Assembly: GCA_965267345.1 (NCBI GenBank)
Contig: OZ253947.1
Location: 72,662-136,661, forward strand
Direction: 5' to 3'
Source of the DNA: Minisyncoccota bacterium
Lineage (GTDB): Bacteria > Patescibacteriota > Minisyncoccia > Phycocordibacterales > UBA2100
DNA length: 64,000 nucleotides
The position numbers were made by a program, and so were the translations under genes. Positions 48,989 to 58,145 of this stretch are shown here, piece by piece; within the stretch, counting starts at the first letter, position 1; each line of letters begins with the position of its first letter. The notes beneath the pieces are model-generated. The model made no database searches. It was not told the DNA's origin and saw nothing but the letters and a program-made list of their open reading frames with translations.

Positions 48989-49759
48989 ATGCAGTCACCT
49001 ATGCACAATGGAAAATCTCAGCAGGTATATACGGCGCGCACCATCGCGCTGTGGTGTCTCGCGCTTGCAGCCATTGTCATCGGTGGGTATTCATTTTTTG
49101 CTCTTGCCCCTTCTGATGCACCACGTGGCGGACAGTCATCTGATGTGTGTATTCAAGTGATTACCGACGCCCGAGATCCAGAGACGGGAGATGTACACAC
49201 ATTTCCAACACCATGTGATGTGCCCGAGGGGTGGGACACACTTGAGACCGACCACGAACAGATCTCACGGGACGGTGAAAGTTGGACGCGCTACCGCAAT
49301 GACGATTTAGGGTTACGGTTTGAGTATCGTGTCGAACCCGACGGTTTTACCCTTGTTGAACAAGACGAGAGCGTGACGGGGCACGCAGCGCTTGTAGAAC
49401 ACGTGACACTTGTGCGCACTGACGAGTACATTGAATTGCTGACAAGCAGCGTACCACGCGAAGGACCACCCGCCATTACCGTTATGGTTTTTGATAACCC
49501 GAGTGCGTTGACGCCACGCGAGTGGGCAACCGAAAACCCGAACGTGTCAAACAGCACACGTACGCTTTCGGCGATGCGCGAGGTTTCGTTTTCCGGTGTG
49601 CCGGCGGTGCGCTACACTAGCGACGGGCTCTACGCTACTGACACGATTATTGCAGCGAACAACGGACGCATCTACCTCATTGCGGGAAGCTATATCGATG
49701 AAGCCTCAACACTTCGCGCTGACTTCCTCGCTATGCTCGAATACGTCTCGCTTTACTAG
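48989..49759 (+). CDS. membrane-anchored secreted hypothetical protein
   Basis: N-terminal TM; no recognised domain. Confidence 0.5.
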   Translation: MQSPMHNGKSQQVYTARTIALWCLALAAIVIGGYSFFALAPSDAPRGGQSSDVCIQVITDARDPETGDVHTFPTPCDVPEGWDTLETDHEQISRDGESWTRYRNDDLGLRFEYRVEPDGFTLVEQDESVTGHAALVEHVTLVRTDEYIELLTSSVPREGPPAITVMVFDNPSALTPREWATENPNVSNSTRTLSAMREVSFSGVPAVRYTSDGLYATDTIIAANNGRIYLIAGSYIDEASTLRADFLAMLEYVSLY

Positions 49760-49850
49760 CGGATGTCAGGCAGTGTGCCGCGTTGACACTCGCAACACCG
49801 TCACGGTACCGTGAACGCAGACAATAACACTCAACGAAGAGGAAGAGGTT

Positions 49851-50231
49851 GTGAAGATACTGGTGGAAAACCAAGATCACTACCTTGCGTTTGAGAAGCT
49901 ATTTCCAGACTCTCTATTCACCGTGATCAAATCTGACGACAATAATTCGATTCTGTCAGAGGCGAAGATGCACTTAGTGGGGAATCAGAAGGGGTACGTG
50001 TGTGTTTCGCTTGAAGCAGCACGGCCTTCGGTTCTATTCGATCTTTGCAAGGCGTGTGACGTATCCCGCTCTCCAGTAGTTGTGGTGCGCGGAAACACGT
50101 GTAATACATACGATCTTGCACGAGCAATAGCGATGGGCGCATACCCGCTACGATTACCTAGTTGTGCAACTGTTACGGGATTCACATTGGAGCGCATTTG
50201 GAGGTGGCATCAAGAACGCTTAGATGAGTGA
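49851..50231 (+). CDS. degenerate receiver-like domain protein (GTG start), in lower-GC sequence
   Basis: GAGGAAGAGG RBS then GTG. KILVENQD...PVVVVRGN...AYPLRLP resembles a receiver fold but lacks the phospho-acceptor Asp pair. Confidence 0.4.
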   Translation: MKILVENQDHYLAFEKLFPDSLFTVIKSDDNNSILSEAKMHLVGNQKGYVCVSLEAARPSVLFDLCKACDVSRSPVVVVRGNTCNTYDLARAIAMGAYPLRLPSCATVTGFTLERIWRWHQERLDE

Positions 50232-50263
50232 GGGGCGCGGGAGAGATCTCGCGCCCTTTTGTC
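50232..50263 (+). terminator. terminator (gggcgcgggagagatctcgcgcccttttgtctttct)
   Basis: GC stem plus T-run. Confidence 0.7.
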
Positions 50264-50292
50264 TTTCTGCACAAGGGGCTGTATGATTACTG

Positions 50293-51759
50293 GTGATGCA
50301 TCGTCTACTACTACATATGAGCAGATATACATTCGCACTCGGTATGGTCATGATGGCAGGTATGGTAATGCCCGCAGCAACACATGCTGCAGGAGAGCTT
50401 GAGCTCTCGGCATGGATCCCGTACTGGCGAGCCGAGGCAGGGGTGGGGAGCATGATGAATAATCTCGGTGCATTCACCGAGGTAAATCCGTTTCTCTACA
50501 CGGTGAAAAATAACGGTGAGCTCCATCAAGCCGATGCACTCACGGATGACGAGTGGCAACAATTGAAAAATGCGGCCGTTGCACGCAACATCCGCTTTAT
50601 CCCAACAGTAATGTGGTCGGGTTCGGACGCGATACATGACACACTGAGCGATCCTGAGCGCCGTCGTGCACACATTCAGTCCATCACACGCGAAGTGTAC
50701 GCACACGACCTCGACGGTATCGATATCGACTATGAAGCAAAGTACGCGCGTACGAATCCGTACTTCTCACAATTTTTGAAGGAGCTGGCTGATGCTATCG
50801 GCTACGACCGTTGGATCATCTGTACCATTGAGTCACGCACGCCACTTGATTCGCGGTACTCATCACCTGAGTCGATTCCTGACGACATTGCCTACGCAAA
50901 TGATCTTGTTGCGATTAACCAGCACTGCGATCGCGTGCGCATCATGGCCTACGATCAGGGGCGCATTGATGTGAAACTCAATGACGCAAAGGGCGACCCT
51001 TATATCCCTGTTGCTGATACCGACTGGGTTGAAAAAGTGATGCGGCTTATGGCTGAAGATATCGACCCAGAGAAACTCGTGCTCGGTGTGCCGACCTACG
51101 GCTATGAGTACGACACGTTCACTGACGATGACGGCGACTTCCGCTATTCGCGACTGTGGTCGTTTAATCCCGGATACGCTGATGAAGTTGCGACAAAACT
51201 CGGCATTAGTGCGCAACGCAATTCAGCCGGTGAGTTGTTTCTAACGTATCCGGCATCGCAGTCTCCCGACCCGATTATTCCGTTACCAAATGCAACGCGC
51301 GTTATGTCATGGAGCGACGCTGAGGCAATTCGTGCGAAGCTCGACTTGGCTCGCGAACTTGGCCTTGCGGGCGTTGCGATTTTCAAGGTGGATGGGGGAG
51401 AAGACCAGCGCCTCTGGAATGTGGTGACTGACTACGGAACACCAGCAACAACTGCGACGCTCACCCCGCCAACATGGGCGACTACTAACGCCGGTACGTC
51501 CAATGCGGTGACGATTACGCCACCAACACGCAATCTTGAGTACGGCATGCGCAATGAAGACGTGCGCACACTACAGCGTTTCCTCAATGCGCATGGCTTT
51601 ACCGTTGCCGCCAGCGGTGGTGGTTCTGCCGGCAACGAGACCACCTTTTTTGGTCCGGCGACACGAGACGCACTTGCGCGCTTTCAAGCTGCGCATGGCA
51701 TTAGTCCGTCAGTTGGCTACTATGGCCCTCTAACTCGCAGTACTATCGCGTCACTCTAA
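50293..51759 (+). CDS. GH18 family glycosyl hydrolase-like protein with C-terminal peptidoglycan-binding domain
   Basis: DGIDIDYE catalytic motif (DxxDxDxE), signal peptide, T/P-rich linker, PG_binding_1-like C-terminus (LQRFLNAHGF...FGPATRDALARFQAAHGI). Confidence 0.75.
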   Translation: MMHRLLLHMSRYTFALGMVMMAGMVMPAATHAAGELELSAWIPYWRAEAGVGSMMNNLGAFTEVNPFLYTVKNNGELHQADALTDDEWQQLKNAAVARNIRFIPTVMWSGSDAIHDTLSDPERRRAHIQSITREVYAHDLDGIDIDYEAKYARTNPYFSQFLKELADAIGYDRWIICTIESRTPLDSRYSSPESIPDDIAYANDLVAINQHCDRVRIMAYDQGRIDVKLNDAKGDPYIPVADTDWVEKVMRLMAEDIDPEKLVLGVPTYGYEYDTFTDDDGDFRYSRLWSFNPGYADEVATKLGISAQRNSAGELFLTYPASQSPDPIIPLPNATRVMSWSDAEAIRAKLDLARELGLAGVAIFKVDGGEDQRLWNVVTDYGTPATTATLTPPTWATTNAGTSNAVTITPPTRNLEYGMRNEDVRTLQRFLNAHGFTVAASGGGSAGNETTFFGPATRDALARFQAAHGISPSVGYYGPLTRSTIASL

Positions 51760-51855
51760 GGATGCAGTGTTATGTAGGTACAGTGTTCGCGCATAGCATA
51801 TAAGTGCTATGCTTGAGTGGTAAGAGAAAGCTTTACTATTCGTCGTTATAGTCAT

Positions 51856-52929
51856 ATGGATTTTTTCAAAAAATTTGAGGTGACGCCACTCAATATTCTC
51901 AAGGCGGCAGGGGTTCTTATCATTGCACTCGTTGTTATTACGTTTCTATTCCGCTTGTTTGAACCACTCGTTCAGACCACACTGACGCAGGCCACTCGTG
52001 GCGGCGTCGGCCTTGCCGGTAAAGTAGCACCGGGAATGATGCAGGGCGAAGGATACTATGAAGAGAGCTACGCACGTGACATGGCGGATTCAGCCTATGG
52101 CTACGGCGGCGGCAACGACGGACTCATGTTGTCGTCTACGAACATCGGCATCCCGTCGCCACGACCGGGCTACACGACAGGTGACGATGCAGAAGAGTTT
52201 GAGGTGACTGAATACAGCGCAACTATTGAAGTCCGTGATAGCGCACGCGCATGTGCGGATCTGTCAGCGCTCAAGGCGCGATCGTACGTTATCTTCGAGC
52301 ATGCAAATGAATACGATCGCGGGTGTAACGTCACCTTTAAAGTTGCTCACGATAATGTTGCAGAGATACTCGGCATCATCGAAGATATGGATCCCGAAGA
52401 TCTCTCTGAGAGTACCTATACGATCAAGCAGCAGATCGATGACTATACGTCCGAGACAGAGATCCTTGAGCGTAAACTCGAGACTATCGACGAAACACTC
52501 GAGAGCGCTGTTGCTGCGTACGATGAGCTCACCGTACTGGCAACGCGCACGCAGGATGTCGAAAGTCTCGCGAAAATTATCGACAGTAAGATCGGTATCA
52601 TTGAACGTCTGACGCAGGAGCGCATCACTATTAGCGCGCAACTTGAGCGGCTCGAACGATCCAAGGCTGAGCAGCTCGATCGACTCGAATACACGTACTT
52701 CCACGTGAATGTCTACGAGAACAAGCTCATTGACGGTGAACAACTAGCGAACTCATGGGAGCAGGCAGTGAAGTCATTCGTACGCGACATGAACGGCATC
52801 GTGCAAGACGTCACCATTAACCTCGTTGCACTGCTGTTTGTGATCGCTCAGTACGTACTCTACTTCTTCATTCTGTTGTTCGTTGCGAAGTACCTCTGGC
52901 GTGCAGGGCGATACCTCTGGGAAAAGTAG
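51856..52929 (+). CDS. DUF4349-like protein (N-terminal TM, long coiled coil, C-terminal TM)
   Basis: Architecture and composition only. Confidence 0.55.
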   Translation: MDFFKKFEVTPLNILKAAGVLIIALVVITFLFRLFEPLVQTTLTQATRGGVGLAGKVAPGMMQGEGYYEESYARDMADSAYGYGGGNDGLMLSSTNIGIPSPRPGYTTGDDAEEFEVTEYSATIEVRDSARACADLSALKARSYVIFEHANEYDRGCNVTFKVAHDNVAEILGIIEDMDPEDLSESTYTIKQQIDDYTSETEILERKLETIDETLESAVAAYDELTVLATRTQDVESLAKIIDSKIGIIERLTQERITISAQLERLERSKAEQLDRLEYTYFHVNVYENKLIDGEQLANSWEQAVKSFVRDMNGIVQDVTINLVALLFVIAQYVLYFFILLFVAKYLWRAGRYLWEK

Positions 52930-52990
52930 GTATCCCACACGCGACAGTTGTCGCACCTACCACAACATGTAACTATATAGGCACGCACCT

Positions 52991-53278
52991 ATGAGCGATG
53001 TACTCAAGATGGACATATTCTTCGTCGTGACGACGATTGCCGTCATCATTCTGAGCGTACTGCTTGCACTCGTGTTGTACCGCGCGTGGCGCATCTTGCG
53101 GCATGTGCAGGACACCTCGGCACTAATTGCACGAGAGAGTGAGCACCTACGGGACGACTTTGAGTCATTGCGCGCTATTGTGCGTGCGGAAGGTGCACGA
53201 GCGCGCACGCTCGTTGATACATTCCTTCCGAAAGCAAAGCCACGTCGCCGCACGACGCGGCGGAAAACGGAAGAGTAA
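52991..53278 (+). CDS. small membrane protein (DUF948-like), hypothetical
   Basis: N-terminal TM plus a charged helix. Confidence 0.45.
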   Translation: MSDVLKMDIFFVVTTIAVIILSVLLALVLYRAWRILRHVQDTSALIARESEHLRDDFESLRAIVRAEGARARTLVDTFLPKAKPRRRTTRRKTEE

Positions 53279-53305
53279 TTACTAATTGCATAACGTACGA
53301 TATAT

Positions 53306-53734
53306 ATGGCAGCAAAAAAGAAAACAGATCACACAAAGCGAAATAGCGCACTCGGTGCAGGTGCATTGGCAGCAGGTGCAGCGCTTGCTGCGGGGTACTA
53401 CTTTTACGGAAGCAAGGACGCAAAGAAGCACCGTAAGGCTGCAGAAAAGTGGGCAAACGATCTGAAAAAAGACGTTGCACGTGAGATAAAAGATTTGGAG
53501 AAGGTGAGCAAAAAAGATGTCACCCGTATCGTGAATCAAGCAGCAAAATCGTATGCTGCGCTCAGCGAACTCGATACGTCAGACGTCATGGCAGCAGCAA
53601 AAGAGCTCAAAGACAATTGGGAGACGCTTACTGATGAGGTGACGAAAAAGACAAAGAAAACAACCAAGAAGGCTCGTAGCACTGCGAAAAAAGCAGTGAA
53701 AACGGCGAAAAAGCGCACGGCTAAGAAAAAGTAA
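53306..53734 (+). CDS. lysine-rich hypothetical protein (YtxH-like?)
   Basis: N-terminal glycine-zipper TM then a K/A-rich helical region. Confidence 0.45.
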   Translation: MAAKKKTDHTKRNSALGAGALAAGAALAAGYYFYGSKDAKKHRKAAEKWANDLKKDVAREIKDLEKVSKKDVTRIVNQAAKSYAALSELDTSDVMAAAKELKDNWETLTDEVTKKTKKTTKKARSTAKKAVKTAKKRTAKKK

Positions 53735-53780
53735 GGAGATCAGGCCGCCAACAAAGCGCGACCATGTTTGATATAGGGAT

Positions 53781-54143
53781 ATGACACTACGTGTACCCGA
53801 AACACAGGAAGCGTACGACCGCCTTCGCGCATCGGGTGCGCTGTCGGATCGGTGTGTGCTATGCGAAAAGGAGCCGGTGCAGGCATTTCAACACTGGAAG
53901 ATTATCACTAACGATTTTCCGTATGATCGCATTGCGCGCGTGCACCATATGCTGGTACCGTACCGCCATGTGACCGAACGGGGACTTAGCGAAACTGAGC
54001 GACGTGAGCTCCTTGATATTAAACGCGACTACATCAATAAAAGTGCATACAACTGGCTGATGGAGGCAGCCAAGGGGCACAAAACAATTCCTGACCATTT
54101 TCATCTGCACATACTCGCTGAAAGGGAAGCGTTTAGTGCTTGA
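53781..54143 (+). CDS. HIT family protein
   Basis: Histidine triad HFHLHIL near the C-terminus. Confidence 0.7.
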   Translation: MTLRVPETQEAYDRLRASGALSDRCVLCEKEPVQAFQHWKIITNDFPYDRIARVHHMLVPYRHVTERGLSETERRELLDIKRDYINKSAYNWLMEAAKGHKTIPDHFHLHILAEREAFSA

Positions 54144-54208
54144 CGTGGCGAGACTTCGCCACTATGCTTTTCGGAGCTGTTACTGTGCACACACGGAGGA
54201 ATGTACCC

Positions 54209-54415
54209 ATGGGACGCCCAAACAGCATCAAGCCGGGCGATCGTGTACGAATTGAGGGTGGCGCGGGTGAGACATACACTGTCGCACACAAACAAGGAGG
54301 TCGCGGCGCGACACTCTTTTACCTTAAAGAGCACACCGATCCGACAGGTAAAAGAGGGGCTTTCTTTCGCGACGAACTCATCCTCGTGGAAAAAGCAGAC
54401 ACCCCCTCACGCTAA
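54209..54415 (+). CDS. small hypothetical protein (68 aa)
   Basis: GGAGG RBS before ATGGGACGC; followed by two terminator hairpins (54398-54470). Confidence 0.4.
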   Translation: MGRPNSIKPGDRVRIEGGAGETYTVAHKQGGRGATLFYLKEHTDPTGKRGAFFRDELILVEKADTPSR

Positions 54416-54480
54416 CGCGTGAGGGGGTTTTAAAAAAAGTCGGCGCACATACAGGTGCGCCGACTTCTGTCACACATGTA

Positions 54481-54657
54481 TTAGTGACAGTTTTGGTTTT
54501 GTTGGTACTCACTCAAATCTTTGAGTGCTCCCGATGGATTATTTTCTATGCGCTTTAGTAGGTCAGGACGTTCCGTCGCCCATGCGTCTCCAAAAAGGGA
54601 GCAGGCGAGTGCCCGTGCTCTTTTTGTGTCGCGTTTGCGCGCCTCTCGGTAATCCAC
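54481..54657 (-). CDS. small basic hypothetical protein (58 aa, GTG start)
   Basis: AAGGAGG RBS 6 nt before GTG, preceded by a hairpin plus T-run. Low confidence. Confidence 0.3.
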   Translation of the reverse strand: MDYREARKRDTKRARALACSLFGDAWATERPDLLKRIENNPSGALKDLSEYQQNQNCH

Positions 54658-54851
54658 AGACACCTCCTTTGTATGTGGTACACAAAACCCCTCCGCAAGG
54701 GAGGGGATTATCAACGTGAGATTCTGACGCACATTAACACTCCTCTCCCGCGGAGGGACTGTTAAACCAATATGCGCCGTATCGATGCATGCGCTCACTT
54801 TACCACTCGGTAGTACGGCGGGCAACGACAAATGCTACACTAAGCAGCACT

Positions 54852-56384
54852 ATGGAGGAGCTTCGTGCACGCGTGGTGTCGTATAGTGCTCGACCGAGCG
54901 TGCTTGTTGGCGCGGGTCTCGTGCTTGGCGCCACAACCGTATTTCCGTACCTCTTCTGGCTTGTTCCGTTGGCGTTTTTCCCAGTACTGGTATTTATCTC
55001 TCAATCACCATCGCGACGCGCTCTCTGGTGGAAGAACTACTTGTTCGGACTCGGCTTTTTTGCGGCAGTGTACGCATGGGTGTGGGGCACCTATCCACTG
55101 ACGTGGATTGGCCTTGATGCACCAGTGCTTTCATTGCTATTCATTGCACTAGCGTGGATCGTTACCAGTGCCATACTCGCAACAACAATAAGTGTACGCA
55201 TTGGTGTGGTCACAGAAGTCGACCGTTTCTCGTCGCCTGTGTTCCCGTACCTGTTTGCGCTCGGGTGGGTACTTGGTGAACTGCTGCAAGCAGTTACCTT
55301 TGAGGTCCTCTGGTCGGGTGCACAAGGAGTGATCGGTGGTCACTGGTCATTTGGCTCTCTCGGGTACGCACTTGCCGAAGTGCCGGTCGTGCGCTCGCTC
55401 GCTGCACTGGGAGGTGTGTATCTTCTGAGTTTCTGTGCAGTGCTGGTCAGCGTTGCTGTATTTCACTGGGTCATGAAAAAATGTGTACCGCGACATCTCT
55501 CTGTCGCGCTGTGTATTCTTGCGGTGTGTGCTGTTGGTATGTATGGCATCAGTACTGCGAATAGCGGACGTGAACGCACAGCGCTGCTCACGCACACGCA
55601 ATTTCGCATCCCTGCAGAAGAGGTAACACAACGTGATGTCACGCAGCGCTCACTGCATGTTGCAGCAGTGATAGCCTCGGCGCTTGACGACGGTGTGACA
55701 CCTGACATCGTTATATTTCCTGAAGGGTCGGCAATCCTCAACTACTTGCCCGACGCACCAAAGCAGCTCCTGCTCGAACGTCTTGCCGCACATGATACGC
55801 TCATCGTAAACCCGTCAAATAGTAAAGATAGTGACGGCAGGCTGACGTCGTCAATTTGGTATGTACAGCCTCGTGATGATGTGGTTCGCGAGCAGAAAAA
55901 AGATATGCTCGTTCCCGTGGGTGAGTATCCGCCGTATTTTGCGGTAGCCTTTGCGCGTCTTTTTGGTGTTTCGGAGTGGCTCGATACTGTCTACGCGGTG
56001 CATGGGTACCATCGTGTTACACTGCAGGCACACAATGACGCGGACGCGCTTGTAGGCGCATTGCAGTGTTCTGAAATTATTTCACCACGTCTGTACCAGG
56101 TGCTTGCGCGCGACAGTGGGATTCTCGCAAATCTTGCCTCACACGGTCCGTTCGCGCACCCACTTCTCATTCGACATCAGACGCTCAAAATGGCACGTCT
56201 GCATGCGGTTGCAGCGGATCGCTTCTTTCTGCAATCAGGAAACGTTGCACCGACGTTTGTTATCGACAATACCGGTCGTGTGCAATTCTATACACATGAC
56301 GTGCAGCGTACCGTCTCGGTTGTATCAGCAGAAGAGCGACGTACGCATACGCCGTACGTTTACATTGGAGCCTTTGTCGAGTAG
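54852..56384 (+). CDS. lnt: apolipoprotein N-acyltransferase (Lnt)-like
   Basis: N-terminal multi-TM region plus CN-hydrolase domain with VIFPEGS (Glu), LVPVGEYPPY (Lys region) and QCSEII (Cys). Confidence 0.8.
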   Translation: MEELRARVVSYSARPSVLVGAGLVLGATTVFPYLFWLVPLAFFPVLVFISQSPSRRALWWKNYLFGLGFFAAVYAWVWGTYPLTWIGLDAPVLSLLFIALAWIVTSAILATTISVRIGVVTEVDRFSSPVFPYLFALGWVLGELLQAVTFEVLWSGAQGVIGGHWSFGSLGYALAEVPVVRSLAALGGVYLLSFCAVLVSVAVFHWVMKKCVPRHLSVALCILAVCAVGMYGISTANSGRERTALLTHTQFRIPAEEVTQRDVTQRSLHVAAVIASALDDGVTPDIVIFPEGSAILNYLPDAPKQLLLERLAAHDTLIVNPSNSKDSDGRLTSSIWYVQPRDDVVREQKKDMLVPVGEYPPYFAVAFARLFGVSEWLDTVYAVHGYHRVTLQAHNDADALVGALQCSEIISPRLYQVLARDSGILANLASHGPFAHPLLIRHQTLKMARLHAVAADRFFLQSGNVAPTFVIDNTGRVQFYTHDVQRTVSVVSAEERRTHTPYVYIGAFVE

Positions 56385-56445
56385 TAAATACATTACGCGA
56401 CCCCTCGTGTACCTACGCTGACCAGACGCGTACCGACCCCCTTAA

Positions 56446-56483
56446 CCTTCTTGGTGCCCATTGGCAGGAGTTTTAGGGGATGT
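56446..56483. repeat. 38 bp repeat ccttcttggtgcccattggcaggagttttaggggatgt (copy 1, intergenic after lnt)
   Basis: About 35 of 38 positions identical to 60079-60118, where it encodes the C-terminus LVPDWQEF* of the large surface protein. Confidence 0.65.
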
Positions 56484-56531
56484 CCACACACGAAGCATTT
56501 TAGTAGTAGTAACAGGATATACTTTAGACAT

Positions 56532-58136
56532 ATGAGACACTGTTCATTAGCCTTCGGTACTCCAGCTGCACTTTTTGCAGTACTTGCGCTCTCCTGCGCA
56601 CTCTTTATCACGTCGGCAAATATTGCTGCTGCCCAGCAACAAACTGCCGATCCTGCGTGTATCACTGAAACGCAAAATGAGTTGCGCGATCGTGCAGGCG
56701 AGGTCTTTAATTCCATTGACGAAGCAACGCAAACCACGATTGCAAATTTCATATGCACGGCCGGCGTTGACCTTGATGCACTCAGTGACACTGAGATCCA
56801 AGGTATGCTCTTTGAAGCAGGTATTCTTGCGCAGAATGCACCAGCGTCTGGTGGCGTAGGGGAAACAGGTGGGAATGCGCAGTTGGCAAGCTGTTTTAAC
56901 TACTACAGCTTTGGCTCCGTCGTGCCGCATCTCTCGACAGAGTTGGAGCAGGTGGTATCGGGAACGACGATACACGTCAAGGGTACCGTTGAGAACACTA
57001 ATCCGTATCCAATTGTAGAAGGGACACTGTATGTGAAGGTGTTCAAGAAACGGGGCGACGGCACCCAGAAAGATCCAAACGGTCCTGATGTCGTTGATCA
57101 GTTTGTTGCCGTTGATGACATTAGCATTGACGCTGAATCGTCGGTTCCTGTGGCGTTTACGTGGGATGTCCCTGCGTACGCGCAGAGCGGTGACTACGAG
57201 ATTGCCACATTCTTTACTACTTCAAAGCGCTACAATCTTCTCGGTCTTGCCTTCACTGATGATGTGGTTGGCACAACGGTGCGCTTCAGTGTTGCGGGTG
57301 AACACGATACCGGCACGGCATTTCAGAAAGACTCAGTAACGGTAAACGAGCGTGATTACTTCTTTGCGGCGTATCCACCACGATTTGCTACAGAGACACC
57401 GATTGCCGTGCAAGCGACACTCGAAAATACGGCAGATCGTGCCGTGACTGTGCCTGTCACGTTTGAATTGTACCGCTGGGATCAGCAGCGTCGCGAAAAC
57501 ATCCTCGATACACAGACACAGCAGGTGCGTGTAGGTGCCGATGGTGTGACCGACGTCGCGTACGCCATTCGTGATACTGAACACCCAGTGTACTTACTGG
57601 TTGTCACTGCTGAATACGGTGACACAAAATCTATTCTGAACGTGCGCGTTGTACGCAACGGTGTAGCAGGCGCACGGATTAACTTCCCAAGTCTGACAGC
57701 ATTTCCGCTGGAGCGCGGTACGCAACACACGGTGTTCGCATGCATGCACAGCATGAGCGACCAGACGACTCCCGACAGCGAGGTCGTGGTGACGCTCACT
57801 GATCGATTGGGGAATGAAATCCATTCGGCAAACTACGTCGGCAACATTACGGGTGCCATGATGGGGATGGCGAGTGCCTTTACGCCGCGACGTGACCACG
57901 ACTACGTGAATCTTACTGCGCAGTTGTTTACGGGCGGTACCCTCATTGAGGCGGTTGAATTGACCTACGACTGTGAGGACATTAATCCTGCGTTTTGTGG
58001 CGACGAGGCAGAAACACAACTCTTTGATTTCACCGATGGAACGACACTTATTGGGCTTGGTGTTGTGGTATTTGTACTTTTCGGACTTGGCTACATACTC
58101 ACTCGTCGAAGTGATGTGGATAATGGTTTCACATAG
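56532..58136 (+). CDS. secreted surface protein with signal peptide and C-terminal TM anchor (hypothetical)
   Basis: Signal peptide MRHCSLAFGTPAALFAVLALSCALFITSANIAAA; C-terminal hydrophobic helix plus RRSD. TATACT box 12 nt upstream of ATG. Confidence 0.55.
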   Translation: MRHCSLAFGTPAALFAVLALSCALFITSANIAAAQQQTADPACITETQNELRDRAGEVFNSIDEATQTTIANFICTAGVDLDALSDTEIQGMLFEAGILAQNAPASGGVGETGGNAQLASCFNYYSFGSVVPHLSTELEQVVSGTTIHVKGTVENTNPYPIVEGTLYVKVFKKRGDGTQKDPNGPDVVDQFVAVDDISIDAESSVPVAFTWDVPAYAQSGDYEIATFFTTSKRYNLLGLAFTDDVVGTTVRFSVAGEHDTGTAFQKDSVTVNERDYFFAAYPPRFATETPIAVQATLENTADRAVTVPVTFELYRWDQQRRENILDTQTQQVRVGADGVTDVAYAIRDTEHPVYLLVVTAEYGDTKSILNVRVVRNGVAGARINFPSLTAFPLERGTQHTVFACMHSMSDQTTPDSEVVVTLTDRLGNEIHSANYVGNITGAMMGMASAFTPRRDHDYVNLTAQLFTGGTLIEAVELTYDCEDINPAFCGDEAETQLFDFTDGTTLIGLGVVVFVLFGLGYILTRRSDVDNGFT

Positions 58137-58145
58137 CAATAGCAT

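Noticed and set aside
56446-56483. A sigma-54 promoter in the 38 bp repeat (TGGCAGGAGTTTTAGG).
   Set aside because: The GG and GC elements are not at the -24/-12 spacing. A TATACT -10-like box nearer the ATG is the more plausible promoter element.
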